A stretch of 64,000 nt of DNA from Carpediemonas membranifera BICM (Eukaryota > Protista > Fornicata). The notes under the pieces were generated by a model. The model was given only the letters and a program-made list of their open reading frames with translations, had not been told where the DNA came from and did not search any database. Positions 44,405 through 55,143 of this stretch are shown in pieces. Each line of letters opens with the position of its first letter. The first letter of the stretch is position 1. The position numbers and the translations under genes are program-made. The stretch is from NCBI GenBank assembly GCA_019828565.1, contig JAHDYR010000038.1, positions 822,735 through 886,734 of the forward strand, in the 5' to 3' direction.

Positions 44405-47400
44405 TTACTGGCGGTTATTGACGGGCTTGGAGCTGATGGGCGCCCACACGGGGTGGGTGTCGGGCTTGGCCAGGGCCTTGCTGATCGTCTCCATTACCAC
44501 CTTCATCGTCGGCCGTACGTCGGGGTTGACATCCCACGAGCGCTCAATGAGGTCGGCGAGCCAGGCGGGGCATGTGGGAGGGATGGCCGGCCTTTCGCCC
44601 TTGGCCACGGCGTGCAGCATGGAGAGCGTGTTGCGGTCGCCGTAGGGCAGGTCGTTGCGGAAGTCGGTGGCCACGAACCAGAGCATGACGCCGAAGGAGT
44701 ACACATCGGTCTTGGTCCCGTAGACGGCCGTCTTGCGGTTCCTTCCGCCGATGACCTCCGGGGCGAGGAAAACAGGCGTGCCGACGTCCGTCTCGAGCTT
44801 CTTGCCCTTCGTGGTGACAGTGACGAGGCCGACGTCGCCGACCTTGCCGATGACATTGCCCATGTGCGTGGCGACCATGACGTTCTGGGGCTTGACGTCC
44901 CTGTGGATGAGCGGCTGGGGCCTCGTGTGCAGGAAATTCAGCCCGTTGGCCGCGTCATAGCACAGTGTCAGCACCTGCCGCATGGACAGCGGCTTGTTGG
45001 CCTTGTGGCGCCGCTTGACGTAGTCGTACAAAGACCCCTCGTTGCAGAACTCGGTCAAGATGCCGCAGCGCGTCTTGTTCTCGAAGTCACCGCCGGATAC
45101 ATCAGCGTCGATGGTGGTGCCGATGAACTCCACGATGTTGGGGTGGTGTAGATTCCTCAACGCCTTCACCTCGACGGCCAGCTCGTCCAGCATCTCACCG
45201 ATCGACTGCATGTTGCCGAGCAGCATCTTGACGACAACCGACCGCTGTGTTCCGCCCCGGGCGGGGGTGAACGAGGCGCGGAACACAGCACCGGCCGCAC
45301 CACGGGCGAGCTCGGTCTCGAGATGGATACGGGACTTCTCGATGAAGTAGTCCTTGATGGCCGTGTAGCGTGGGTTGTTCGGATCGACACCGACCTTTGC
45401 CAGGACCTTAAACTGCTTGGCGGCAAGGGCAGAGCGCTTCTTGACCCTGCGGAGGGAGACGAAGAGGGCCCCGGCGCCCAGGGAGGAGGCGAGGACGGTG
45501 CCGAGGCTGGTGACGCAGATGGCGAAGATGAAGCAGCCTGCCAGACAGATGGTCACGACGAAGACGCCGCCGATGACGATGAGGAAGATCGCGCAGACTG
45601 CCATAAACTGCCCGTTCGTCTGGATGACTGCGATGGGCGACATATGGGTGATGGCGAGGTTGAACTCGATGGAAGTGCCCGGCGTGATGTCGGATAGCTG
45701 CTCGACCTCCTCGCCGAAGTTAAGGGTGAGCTGCTTGTCGTTCACGTCGGTCTCCTCGGTCGCCAGGAAGAAGGTGATGTTGTTGGCCCCCTGCGGCGAC
45801 AGGGTGTCGCTGACGAGCCCGCCGTGGAACTTGGCGGCCATCTCCGAGGGTAGGATCTGGAAACCCGTGACTTGCTGCAGGAGCCCGCCCTTGAGGCTGA
45901 TGATGGCGCTCTTGTCGTCGAGGTTGAACGAGTCGAGGCTGATCCAGCCAGGGTAGTTGTCTGCTCCGCCATCCGGCTGGGGCGGCAGGTGCAGGGCAAG
46001 CAGCTCGTCCGTCAGGATGGTCGGCGGCATGGTGAAGTTGAAGGCGCCGAAGAACGTCTCCCCGTGAACGTCGGTGTCCAGCTTGAACACAAAGTTGCCC
46101 TCCCCGTCGCCCAGGTCTGCGTCAGCCGGCACGCACAGCCAGAAGTACGTCGTCGTGTCGGTGTCATAGAGCGCAGTCAGGTCGACCCAAGACTGCACCT
46201 GAGTCGACGTGTTGGTGCGGAGGGCCGCCCAAGTCCCCGCCTGGAAGATGTCCCAGGACTTGGCGAGGGCCTCCTTGCGCTTGGCCCTGAGTATGGTCTC
46301 GCCAGCCTCACAGTGCCCGCCGTTCTCGGGGGACCCGTTGATGGTCGACTGCACCGTGAGGGTGAAGTACGTGCGGTGTGTCGTCAGCGGCGTCGGCATG
46401 GTGCCGCCAGACAGCTGTGTGTAGAATGTGCACTCGTCGCTCATCTTGCCCGAAAACATGCCGGCAGGCACCGCGAGTTCGCCGTCGTTGGCGTTCAGCC
46501 GGTAGCGGCACTGGATGGTCCCATCGACGTCGATCGCGACCGTGCTGAGTGTCGCCGAGTCGAAGTTGCCGCATGTGCCGTCGACACTGAAGGTGATCTC
46601 GTCGAGACATCCGCACTCGCTGTAGACCGCCGCCCGGTACTCCCAGGATTCGCCCTCGTCGGGCTCGTTGGTCTGAACCCCGAAGGCGCCGTACATGGGG
46701 GCGAGCATGAGCGCCTCGGTCAGGTTGAACGCGATGAAGACCTCATGCCCGTTGGGGTCGTCCCACGTGAGGGTGTGCTGGTCAGTGCTGATCCCCATCG
46801 TCACCATGAAGGGCGCCTTGCCGTGCTGGACCCCGTCTGTGCTGTCGATGATGCCGGTCAGGGTGACGGGGAAGAGTCCGTCGACACCGTCCACGACAGG
46901 GCTGATCGTGGGCAGGTCGTCGATGTGGGCCAGCTCCACGGCGCCGTACTGGTTCAGTGTGAAGGAGGGCGTCGCGATGAGGTACGTCTGGTAAGGCCCG
47001 CACGCGACACGGCCGAACGGGGGTGTGTGGCTGTCGGTCGAGGCCACCGACAGGTCCTCCCGGGTGATCGTCGTGGTGGCGTACGTGTCGCCCGGACTGC
47101 CGCCAGTGACGCAGTGGCCCGCGTTGTTACCCCGGATCGTGACAGACCCGTCCGTGTGCAGCAGGGCGACGTGCTCGACACCGCCATCCACGCTTACCAC
47201 GTCGTTGTCGGCGATGAGGGTCGGCGTCGTTACAACAGTGCTGGCGTCCTCGAGAGTTCTCCCCAGGATGTACGCGCGCCCGCCGGTGGCCGCCCCGGGG
47301 TTGTTCGCGGTCCTGAAGACGGTGAAGTCGTCGCCCCCACTGATGGCCGCGATGTTGAGGCTGGTGCCCTCCGTGATCACGGCGTACTCCATCTTGGTGG

Positions 47401-48304
47401 GGGTGTCGACGGCAGTGCCGTATGTGGCGGTGTCGCCGATCTGGCCATGCGCATTGGACCCCCAGGCGTACAGGTCGCCCCCACAGACGGCCCAGGCCGT
47501 GTCAGCCGACCCGTGGACCTCGGTGCAGTCGGTGAACCCGAAGCCGAGGTCCGTGAACGCGGTGACCGTGGCCCCAGTGTGGCTGGTGCCGAGCAGGCCG
47601 GCGCCGTTGTCCTTCCCGCTGCCGTAAATGACGCCGTCCTGTCCGACCACCAGGGTCACTGAGTAGAACGTCGCGAAGTCCAGCACGTTGCCGTACATGC
47701 GATACGCCTCCTCCGTGGCGGCCGTCCCGCCGAGCTCGCCCTGCTCGTTGGCCCCCATGACGTACAGGTGGTTGGCGATGGTCTTGCCGACACAGTGCAG
47801 CTTCTCACTGCCGGACCCGCGGCTGTGGGCGTGGATGTTGTACTGGCAGCGGAGCTTGGTGACTATCAGGTACTTGGTGCCGACCATACTGGCACTGGTG
47901 ATGACCCCGTCCGCATCGGTGGGGAACGAGCCGTATGCAGGGGTTCCACGGTCGTCGCGGTTATCACCGAGAACCAGCACGGTTCCATTGGCCAGGAGGA
48001 GCGTAGGGCCGAGAGTGACGTCCCTAATCTCGTTCTTATAGTCCGACAGATCCCGCCAACCCGAAACCGTCTGACTGTCAATCACTGCGGTGCGGAACGG
48101 ACCTTTGTTGGGGTTCATATTGTCTGAGGTGTGTCCAGAGGACAAGAAGAGACAAGTGTCGGAAGCACCAACGTCCATTCCGAGATCAGCGTTGTGGTAG
48201 CCGGTGGAACCGATACCACCGAACAGATAGGCGTCTCTGCCTATTTCCCAGGCGGATACGATGGCCAATCCGCACAGAAGTGCGAGGATAGCCGCAGACC
48301 GCAT
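44405..48304 (-). CDS. Receptor-like TKL protein kinase with RCC1-like ectodomain
   Basis: Signal peptide, WGSNAHGQIG and GANEQGELG RCC1 repeats, TM segment, kinase LARGAAGAV, VVVKM, HRDVKPQN, DVG, APE, DVYSFG. Confidence 0.92.
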   Translation of the reverse strand: MRSAAILALLCGLAIVSAWEIGRDAYLFGGIGSTGYHNADLGMDVGASDTCLFLSSGHTSDNMNPNKGPFRTAVIDSQTVSGWRDLSDYKNEIRDVTLGPTLLLANGTVLVLGDNRDDRGTPAYGSFPTDADGVITSASMVGTKYLIVTKLRCQYNIHAHSRGSGSEKLHCVGKTIANHLYVMGANEQGELGGTAATEEAYRMYGNVLDFATFYSVTLVVGQDGVIYGSGKDNGAGLLGTSHTGATVTAFTDLGFGFTDCTEVHGSADTAWAVCGGDLYAWGSNAHGQIGDTATYGTAVDTPTKMEYAVITEGTSLNIAAISGGDDFTVFRTANNPGAATGGRAYILGRTLEDASTVVTTPTLIADNDVVSVDGGVEHVALLHTDGSVTIRGNNAGHCVTGGSPGDTYATTTITREDLSVASTDSHTPPFGRVACGPYQTYLIATPSFTLNQYGAVELAHIDDLPTISPVVDGVDGLFPVTLTGIIDSTDGVQHGKAPFMVTMGISTDQHTLTWDDPNGHEVFIAFNLTEALMLAPMYGAFGVQTNEPDEGESWEYRAAVYSECGCLDEITFSVDGTCGNFDSATLSTVAIDVDGTIQCRYRLNANDGELAVPAGMFSGKMSDECTFYTQLSGGTMPTPLTTHRTYFTLTVQSTINGSPENGGHCEAGETILRAKRKEALAKSWDIFQAGTWAALRTNTSTQVQSWVDLTALYDTDTTTYFWLCVPADADLGDGEGNFVFKLDTDVHGETFFGAFNFTMPPTILTDELLALHLPPQPDGGADNYPGWISLDSFNLDDKSAIISLKGGLLQQVTGFQILPSEMAAKFHGGLVSDTLSPQGANNITFFLATEETDVNDKQLTLNFGEEVEQLSDITPGTSIEFNLAITHMSPIAVIQTNGQFMAVCAIFLIVIGGVFVVTICLAGCFIFAICVTSLGTVLASSLGAGALFVSLRRVKKRSALAAKQFKVLAKVGVDPNNPRYTAIKDYFIEKSRIHLETELARGAAGAVFRASFTPARGGTQRSVVVKMLLGNMQSIGEMLDELAVEVKALRNLHHPNIVEFIGTTIDADVSGGDFENKTRCGILTEFCNEGSLYDYVKRRHKANKPLSMRQVLTLCYDAANGLNFLHTRPQPLIHRDVKPQNVMVATHMGNVIGKVGDVGLVTVTTKGKKLETDVGTPVFLAPEVIGGRNRKTAVYGTKTDVYSFGVMLWFVATDFRNDLPYGDRNTLSMLHAVAKGERPAIPPTCPAWLADLIERSWDVNPDVRPTMKVVMETISKALAKPDTHPVWAPISSKPVNNRQ

Positions 48305-48988
48305 GTGCTGTTCAATCTCGACTGTGGCACGAGTCGGGAGATCCCATATCGAGGCCGTCCGGAAGTCACGATGTCATTGGCGCCGAGAGCATGCAGTAGC
48401 GCTGTCGCTCGTTGTCCTGGCGGGGTTTTGGTCTCTTTCGCCCTGTCCGAGGCTCGAGAGCATGGGTCTGGAGGGCTTCTCGGAACGGTACTGTAACCTA
48501 CCTCACAAAGTGTTTACGCCAACCTATACCGTCCTACTGCCCCATTTCGCACATTGTGCCCAGCCCGCAGGTTAGCGCGACTCGCATGTGGTATTTAGAC
48601 TCAACAATTCTAATCCTGCGCAGCACACTACCTCCACTCACCCACATCAGCCCTCGTCTGTGCCATCGGGCTTTCGTGCTTTCAGTCGTCGGTCTGTACG
48701 AAAAGATGCGTCGTCTGTCATCCATCGTCTGTGTCGAACGCTGCTGTCTTCTTTCGCGTCTGTGCTCGTCTGTTACGCGCTCATCTGTCGTCCATTGCCG
48801 GCGTCTGAAGCTCATGTCGTCTTCGTCATCTTAGTCTGTTGTGAGAGACACTAGTGGTCGAAAGCGGTTGTAACTAGTAGTAAAGACGCTTTGTGTTGTA
48901 TGATGCTGGTTTCTTGTGTTTTGAGGTATGCTGCTAGCTGATGAACCCTGAAAAGAAATGATCGATGCAGGCAGCTCAATATACTCCG

Positions 48989-50961
48989 ATGCCTTCCAAG
49001 ATATACACGGTGAAGGCTTCCGTTAACAAGGCCATTGGCGAGATTAACGGTGGAGGCGATAACAACGCGCCGCGCCGCGGCGAGGAAATCTTGAACCCGG
49101 CATGCGTTCTTTCACGCAGGCTAAGTACACATGCCTGCTTGCGTGCGTCTCTGCATCTGCGCACGCGTTGACCCCACCGAGGACGGTCAACCTGTTCGAC
49201 CAGGAGGTCCTCAAGCAGATCGTCAGCATTGCTCAGCAAAAGGTGTCGAAGGCAAAGGCAGCGGATCGGTGCAGGTGGATTGGCGACCTGGCGATGTGGA
49301 GGGACCCTGACATAATCCCACTCGTCCAGGACTTCGTCACGGCTTATAGCTACATTGGCTTGTGCAAGCCATTTGACACCTGGTTGGGCGAGTACTCCAC
49401 AGCCACCCGGGTCTGGCTCTCGCGCGCGTCACCCGGGTACCTGACCCGTCTTCGTGCTGGATTAGAACGGGTGCGTCCGCTCCTCCATGATCGGCCAGGT
49501 GTTCGACAGGATTTTCTCGACACCCTAGGCGAGCTCGACACTGAGGTTGCCGCCATAGCCGCCGATCATCATCAAAAATACATGCATTGCCCGAGGGGCA
49601 ACGGGTGGGTCGCACTGATACCGTGGCCGAGGCCCTCGTCGGCGTGCTGTCGTGCGTCACGCGCATGAGTGCTGCAGTGACCAAGCTGGTCACACTCACT
49701 CGTGCCGTGAACCTCGAGCTCAGTCAGGCCCTGCCAGAGCCGAAGCTCGTTCCGTTCGTGCCGATGGCACCGGTCAAGCCTGGGTTCATGACCATCGAGT
49801 ACGGTTATATGTCGCTCACCCCAGCGATGAAGAGGCGCCTGCGTGTGCACGTGAATTGGTCAGCAACCAAGAATTTGACCGACGAGCAGGTGGCTGAACA
49901 CGAGCGTGATCACGGCGACATCACCAAGCTCCACAGAGTGCTCTCCGTGAAGACAGACGGGGTCTCTGTTGCTGTGACGGTTTGGGTGGGTCGCGAGAAA
50001 TACCGTGGCGGTCGGGTGGCTGACCGGCCCACGTACAAAAAGGGTAGCAGCAACAAGCGGGCTCGGCTCGGTCAGGATGACGCCGAGGCTACTCCTGCCC
50101 CGGACATTCAAGCTCGCATGGGCTTCGACCCTGGTGCTCGGTCGCTGGGTGGCTACACGATCCGCCGCCCAGACGGGCAGAGTGTATCTGGCGTACTCGC
50201 TAAGTGTGGCTACACTGCCACCCCCTCTTTCCGCGTGAATATGAGCGCAGCATCGTTCAAAACGACAAGTCTAGAGGCTCTCAAACAGTCGATTAGGTTT
50301 GTCCATGAGAACATCATCAACGAGGGGACGAGAAAGTGTTTCCGCCGTGCGACTTTTGCCAATCACCGTCTGCGCCTGAAGCACTTCGCCCGGGCTGGAC
50401 GTTAACTCCTGGATGATCTCGGCGGGCGCCCCCCGGAGCCCATTCATCTCGAAGTCGCGTATGGGGCTGTGTAGTCAGTATTAATATCTACCAATATCCC
50501 TGGGAGGGTCCAAACCTCTTTTTACTCGTAAACTCTTTCTCTTCCAAACCACAGCTGCACTGTTCGGTTCCGCCGGCACTCCCTCCTGTGCTCCGTACCA
50601 CCGCTTTGCTCGAGCTCTCCCTGGCATCATGCTCCGGCACAACGTCGTCGTGACTGTCACGATGGTCTCCGAATTTCGCACTTCCATCGTGTGCCCACAC
50701 TGCAAAGCACACTTCAGACGTGTGGTGCACACACACCGCACCATGCTCTACCAGAATCCCGCGTGCGAGGGAGCTCCATGGCGCGTTGAACGGCTTCGTC
50801 GGCATCCTGAGCACAGAGACACACTTCTCAATCTCTCTCACCGAGATAAGAGCGCCAGCGAGAACATCCTTTGGTGCACCTATGATGCAACTTCAGATCA
50901 GATAGAGCAATCTCCTTTCCACTACGACTCCCAGAGAGGTGCTCTTCCTCGCTATCATTAA
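48989..50961 (+). pseudogene. Fanzor1 copy C, degraded (frameshifts ~49100 and ~49600, stop at 50403-50405, solo-LTR insertion)
   Basis: KIYTVKAS, KLVPFVPMAPVKPGF, KTDGVSV, GFDPG, SEFRTS, CPHC, HRDKSASENIL. Removing the LTR restores VAYGAALFGS..CAPY. Confidence 0.88.
50470..50553 (+). mobile_element. Solo LTR (84 bp, TGT...ACA) with 4-bp TSD GCTG
   Basis: Identical to 50980-51063; GCTG at 50466-50469 and 50554-50557. Confidence 0.92.
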
Positions 50962-50979
50962 CTTGCTAAGTTGAGCAAG

Positions 50980-51063
50980 TGTAGTCAGTATTAATATCTA
51001 CCAATATCCCTGGGAGGGTCCAAACCTCTTTTTACTCGTAAACTCTTTCTCTTCCAAACCACA
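50980..51063 (+). repeat. 5' LTR (84 bp) of the Gypsy element
   Basis: TGTAGTC...CCACA, 16 nt upstream of the gag ATG; left flank CAAG. Confidence 0.9.
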
Positions 51064-51079
51064 GTACTAGTACTTACCT

Positions 51080-54000
51080 ATGGGTAGAGAACAGAAAAAA
51101 CAAGCGCCGCTCCTGAAAGAGGCAACATTCAGCGCTTTCGTAGCTTTTACGACGTCACTGCGTGACTTTAAGGCTAGAGGAGGTAAGGCGAAGCTCCGCA
51201 AGCTTATAAGCCCGGAGATCCAGTCCTATGCATCACAAGTGCTAGGCTTAGAGACCCTAGAGGAGGTTCCGCTTCCTCAGGGTGACCAACATGACGACGA
51301 ACCTTCCACTTCATCACGCAAGCTCAGAGAGAAGATCATCATGCAGCGACTCGCCGCTGCCTTGCGCCCCACCAGAAAGGAACAATGCCTGAACCTTATC
51401 AGGCTGCGCATCGCGGCGTTCACGCCGCTCGAGGTGTCGAAGCTCAACTCGCAGTTCAACACCTTGTTGGAGTGCCTTAACATGGACGAGGATGACACCA
51501 TTCGTGAAGCCTACTTGCGGGCCTTTGCTGTGAAGGGCCAATCCCTCTACTACAGACTGAAGGAGCAGACTGAGGGTTGCTCACTGGCGGAGACCCAGCA
51601 ATACACCATGAAGACGGCACGCGACGTAGCCGAGTCGGCTGAGTACCTTGCTCCGTTCACCGAGGCGATCCGCTCCGATCAGTCGCGCCGTCCGACAGCG
51701 CCCGTGCCAGGCGCCCATCCGCAACGCGGCCAGAGCCGTAACCAGCGCGACCGTCGTGACCGCCGAGATGACCGCCGAGACCGCCCCTACGACCGTCGTG
51801 ACCGCCCGCATGACCATCACCGCCCGGACAAGCGGTCCCGCGATCGGGCTCGCCCTACCAGCACGACCCCAACCTGTTACAACTGCGGGGGGCAAGGGCC
51901 ATTTCAGCCCCGAGTGCCGGAAGCCCAAGTCCAAGTGTGAGAAGTGCGGGCGCGAGGGCCACAAGAGAGAGTTCTGTGACCGTATAAAGGTCCAGAACTA
52001 TTCTTATTTGTCTTGTTTCGCGGCGTCTAGCAAACGCAGAGCGCAGGCTCTTCCGATTGTGTCAGGATCCATATACAGGACCAGCGCAGAGTCGATGTTG
52101 TTCGACTGTGGCGCGTCAGCAACCTTCATATCGCCGCAAGTGGCCGAGAGGTCCGGCGAAAAGATCCTGCATTGTGACCCGGTCGAGGTGACGACACCGG
52201 CTGGAGTCATCACAGTCGACCAGACTATTTCCACCGAAGTAACCTTTGCCAAATCAGCTCTGGTCCCCCGTGGGTGCACCTTTACTACTCGTGCGTACCT
52301 CCTACCCTCAGAGTACGATCTAATCATTGGGTACCCTGATATGGTCACCCTGGGGATCCTTCCTCAGATTGACGACTGCGAGGAGTCTGACGCCAATGAC
52401 GCCGAGCAGGCTGAAGACGTCTCAACGGTCATTACTCCCCAGAAGTTGAGCCTATTCACCTTGTCTGACAAGTCGTCTTCCCTTCAGGACAGACTGCTCG
52501 CGCGGTTTGTCGGCCTGTTCGAGGACAGAGTAGGGCGTCCGAGTAAGCTCATCCCTTACGATCTAGTCTTGTCTGATGATGAACCCGTCTTTAGCCGCGA
52601 GTTCTTCATGCCGCCGGAGAAGAAGACACTTCTCCAGGAACACCTTGACGACCTGTCCCGACATGGCTTCATCCAGCCATCAGCATCGGCTTACTCCTCA
52701 CCGGCATTCTTGGTCCCAAAGGGGAAGGACCGTACCCGGTTCGTTATCGACTTCCGTTTGGTCAACGCGAAGACTCCCCCGTTCAACTACCCTATCCCGA
52801 TCATAGAGGATTGTCTAGCTAAGCTCAGGGGTAATACCATCTTTGCTACGCTCGACTGCAAGGCCGGCTACCATCAGGTGGCACTGACGGACCGTTCTCG
52901 TCCTCTGACCGCCTTCGGGACTCCCCTTGGACGGTTTGAGTACACGACTATGCCCTTTGGTCTGCGTAACGCTGGTTCTCATTTCCAGTGGGCCATGGAG
53001 CAGGCTTTCTCCGACCTGATCTCGGCAGGGAAGTGCCTTATTTACATCGATGACATTATTGTCATGGGTCGGGACGAGCCTTCCTACATAAGGAACCTAT
53101 GGGACGTCCTGAAACGTTGCCAAGAGTATGACCTACACCTAGGTCGCGATAAGTGCGTCTTCGCCGCGGCTGAGGTCGAGTTCCTGGGTCGACTCGTGTC
53201 CGGAGACACCGTGAGGATTGCCGAAGACCGCATCGACGACATTAAGAAGCTGAAACTACCGACCAGCAAGCGGTCCGCACAGGCACTCGTCGGTTTCCTC
53301 AATTATTTCCGTGACTTCGTGCCCAACTTCGCGTCCCGAGCTCATCCTCTGTTGCAGGTGTCGGCTGGCAAGGCCGAACCCGGTGGGCCGGGTCAGCAAG
53401 CGGCCCTGGGCGACGTTATCGCCGAGCTCCTTAAGCGGGTCTCCCTCGTTCACTTCAAGACGGACGCGACACATGTCCTCATGACCGATGCCTCAGACGT
53501 GGGATGCGGCGCCGTATTACTACAGGACGGGCAGCCGATCGCTTTCATGTCCCACGCATTCTCCGCGGTCCAGACTAGGTGGAGTACCACAGAGCAGGAA
53601 GCCTACGCAATCATCCTGGCCGTCCAGCGTTGGCGGAAATTCCTCTCGTGGACGCACTTTACCATCCGTACTGATCACCGCAACCTGCTGTTCATGGCCA
53701 AGTCCATCAACCCCAAGGTCCGTAGATGGTACGACCAACTAGCTGACCTCGATTTCACCATACGTCACGTTCCGGGTGTTGACAACGGGGCAGCAGATGG
53801 CCTTTCTCGCGTGTTCGCTAACACCCTCGATACCCAAGTCGCGGACAGGCTGCAGAAGGCGCATCACTTCGCCGGGGCTCACTTGTCCGCCTGGGCGACC
53901 AAGAACCTTCTTCGAGACTGGGGCGTACGTGTCCGCCAGAAGGACGTGGACGACTATATCGCCAAGTGCCCAATATGCCAGTTAAGGCGTAAGCCCCCGG

Positions 54001-54769
54001 CCTCTTCCGATGCGGGTTTGCACACCGCGGTCGAGCACCCCTTCGACCGAGTGGCCATGGACACTATGTCCGCTACCTCGTGCACGGTCGACGGCACGAC
54101 CTATAAGTATATCCTCGTTGTAATAGACATGTGCTCACGTTGGACTGAGCTTGTCCCGCTCCAGACTACCCGAGCGGTCGAGACGTCCAGGGCGTTTGTC
54201 AATAACTGGGTCCTCCGATACGGCGTACCGAAGGTACTGCAGACGGATGGAGGATCCCAGTTCGTCAACGCAGTCTTTAACGACCTGAGTGCCCGACTCG
54301 GGTTTACAACGAGAAAGACGACGGCTCATCATCCCCAGTCGAATGGGTTAGTAGAGCGAGCGAATGTGTCGGTTAAGTCCATCCTGACAGCACGTCGTTA
54401 CCAGTTTAGATCCAATGATTGGGTCCACAGCTTACCGATTGCCCAATACCTTGTTAACTCGACCCCTCGAGTCCCTACTCGACTCTCCCCAGCCGAGATC
54501 CTGTATGGCACCGAGATGCGAGTGCCAAAGGACATTACCGTTATCGCGCCGGGTGAGACGTATATCGTTGACCAGCAAGAGGACTGGCTGTCCGAGGCCA
54601 AGGCGTACCGGCTCATGGCTGCCGAGCGCATTAAGAGCAAGCGGCTCCTACAGCAGTACAGGCCGGACGCCCGTGCCACGGTTTCGACTCCGTACGTCCT
54701 GGTGGCTTACCCCGACAGACCACCCGACAAATTCGCCGCCGGCCTGCGTGGCCCAATGGCACTAGTGTC
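51080..54769 (+). CDS. Gypsy gag-pol (5' part); one extra G in the G run near 51890
   Basis: CYNCGGKGHFSPEC and CEKCGREGHKREFC knuckles, protease FDCGAS, RT YIDD, RNase H TDAS..EAYA..TDH, integrase HHCC plus D,D,E. Confidence 0.92.
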
Positions 54770-55143
54770 TTTGAGTTTTTGAGTTTTTGAGTTTATTTTT
54801 TGATACAGTGCCGGGGTGTCCACCTCCAGGCACTGGCCACAACCCGAGCCAGACGAGCGGTGATCAGCCGCAGGAGGGCAACGGTTCTCATAACATTGGA
54901 AGCCAGAGCTGCGGCGCCCAAGAGTACTGTTCTGAAGCTGCAGGGAGAGGAGGGCCTAAAACCCCTTCGAAGAAGGGTAAAAAGATGACCCACGCGGGTC
55001 GGCCAGCTCACAACTTCCAGCTCTTGGCGCTGCGGGACTCTGTGCTCCGAGCCCGATGGGGCTCCCTCAGGACGATGATCGAGGAGGTCCTGAGACCGGG
55101 GAGGACGGTGGCGTTTTCCTATGTAAGCGAGGGAACCTACCAG

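Noticed and set aside
45872-47662. Long antisense or alternative-frame ORFs (e.g. 596 aa here, 2931-4091, 6107-7357)
   Set aside because: Shadow ORFs of GC-rich genes on the opposite strand, with no motifs
50470-51063. Two 84-bp LTRs as a mini-LTR element (TRIM) carrying the Fanzor C-terminus
   Set aside because: The first LTR has its own GCTG TSD and its removal restores the Fanzor frame; the second LTR leads directly into gag
51071-51079. TACTTACCT as a U1 snRNA 5' end
   Set aside because: Only a 9-nt match, followed by the gag ATG and no U1 body
51880-51900. Programmed gag-pol ribosomal frameshift
   Set aside because: The shift falls inside a CCHC knuckle at a G run; one extra G explains it better
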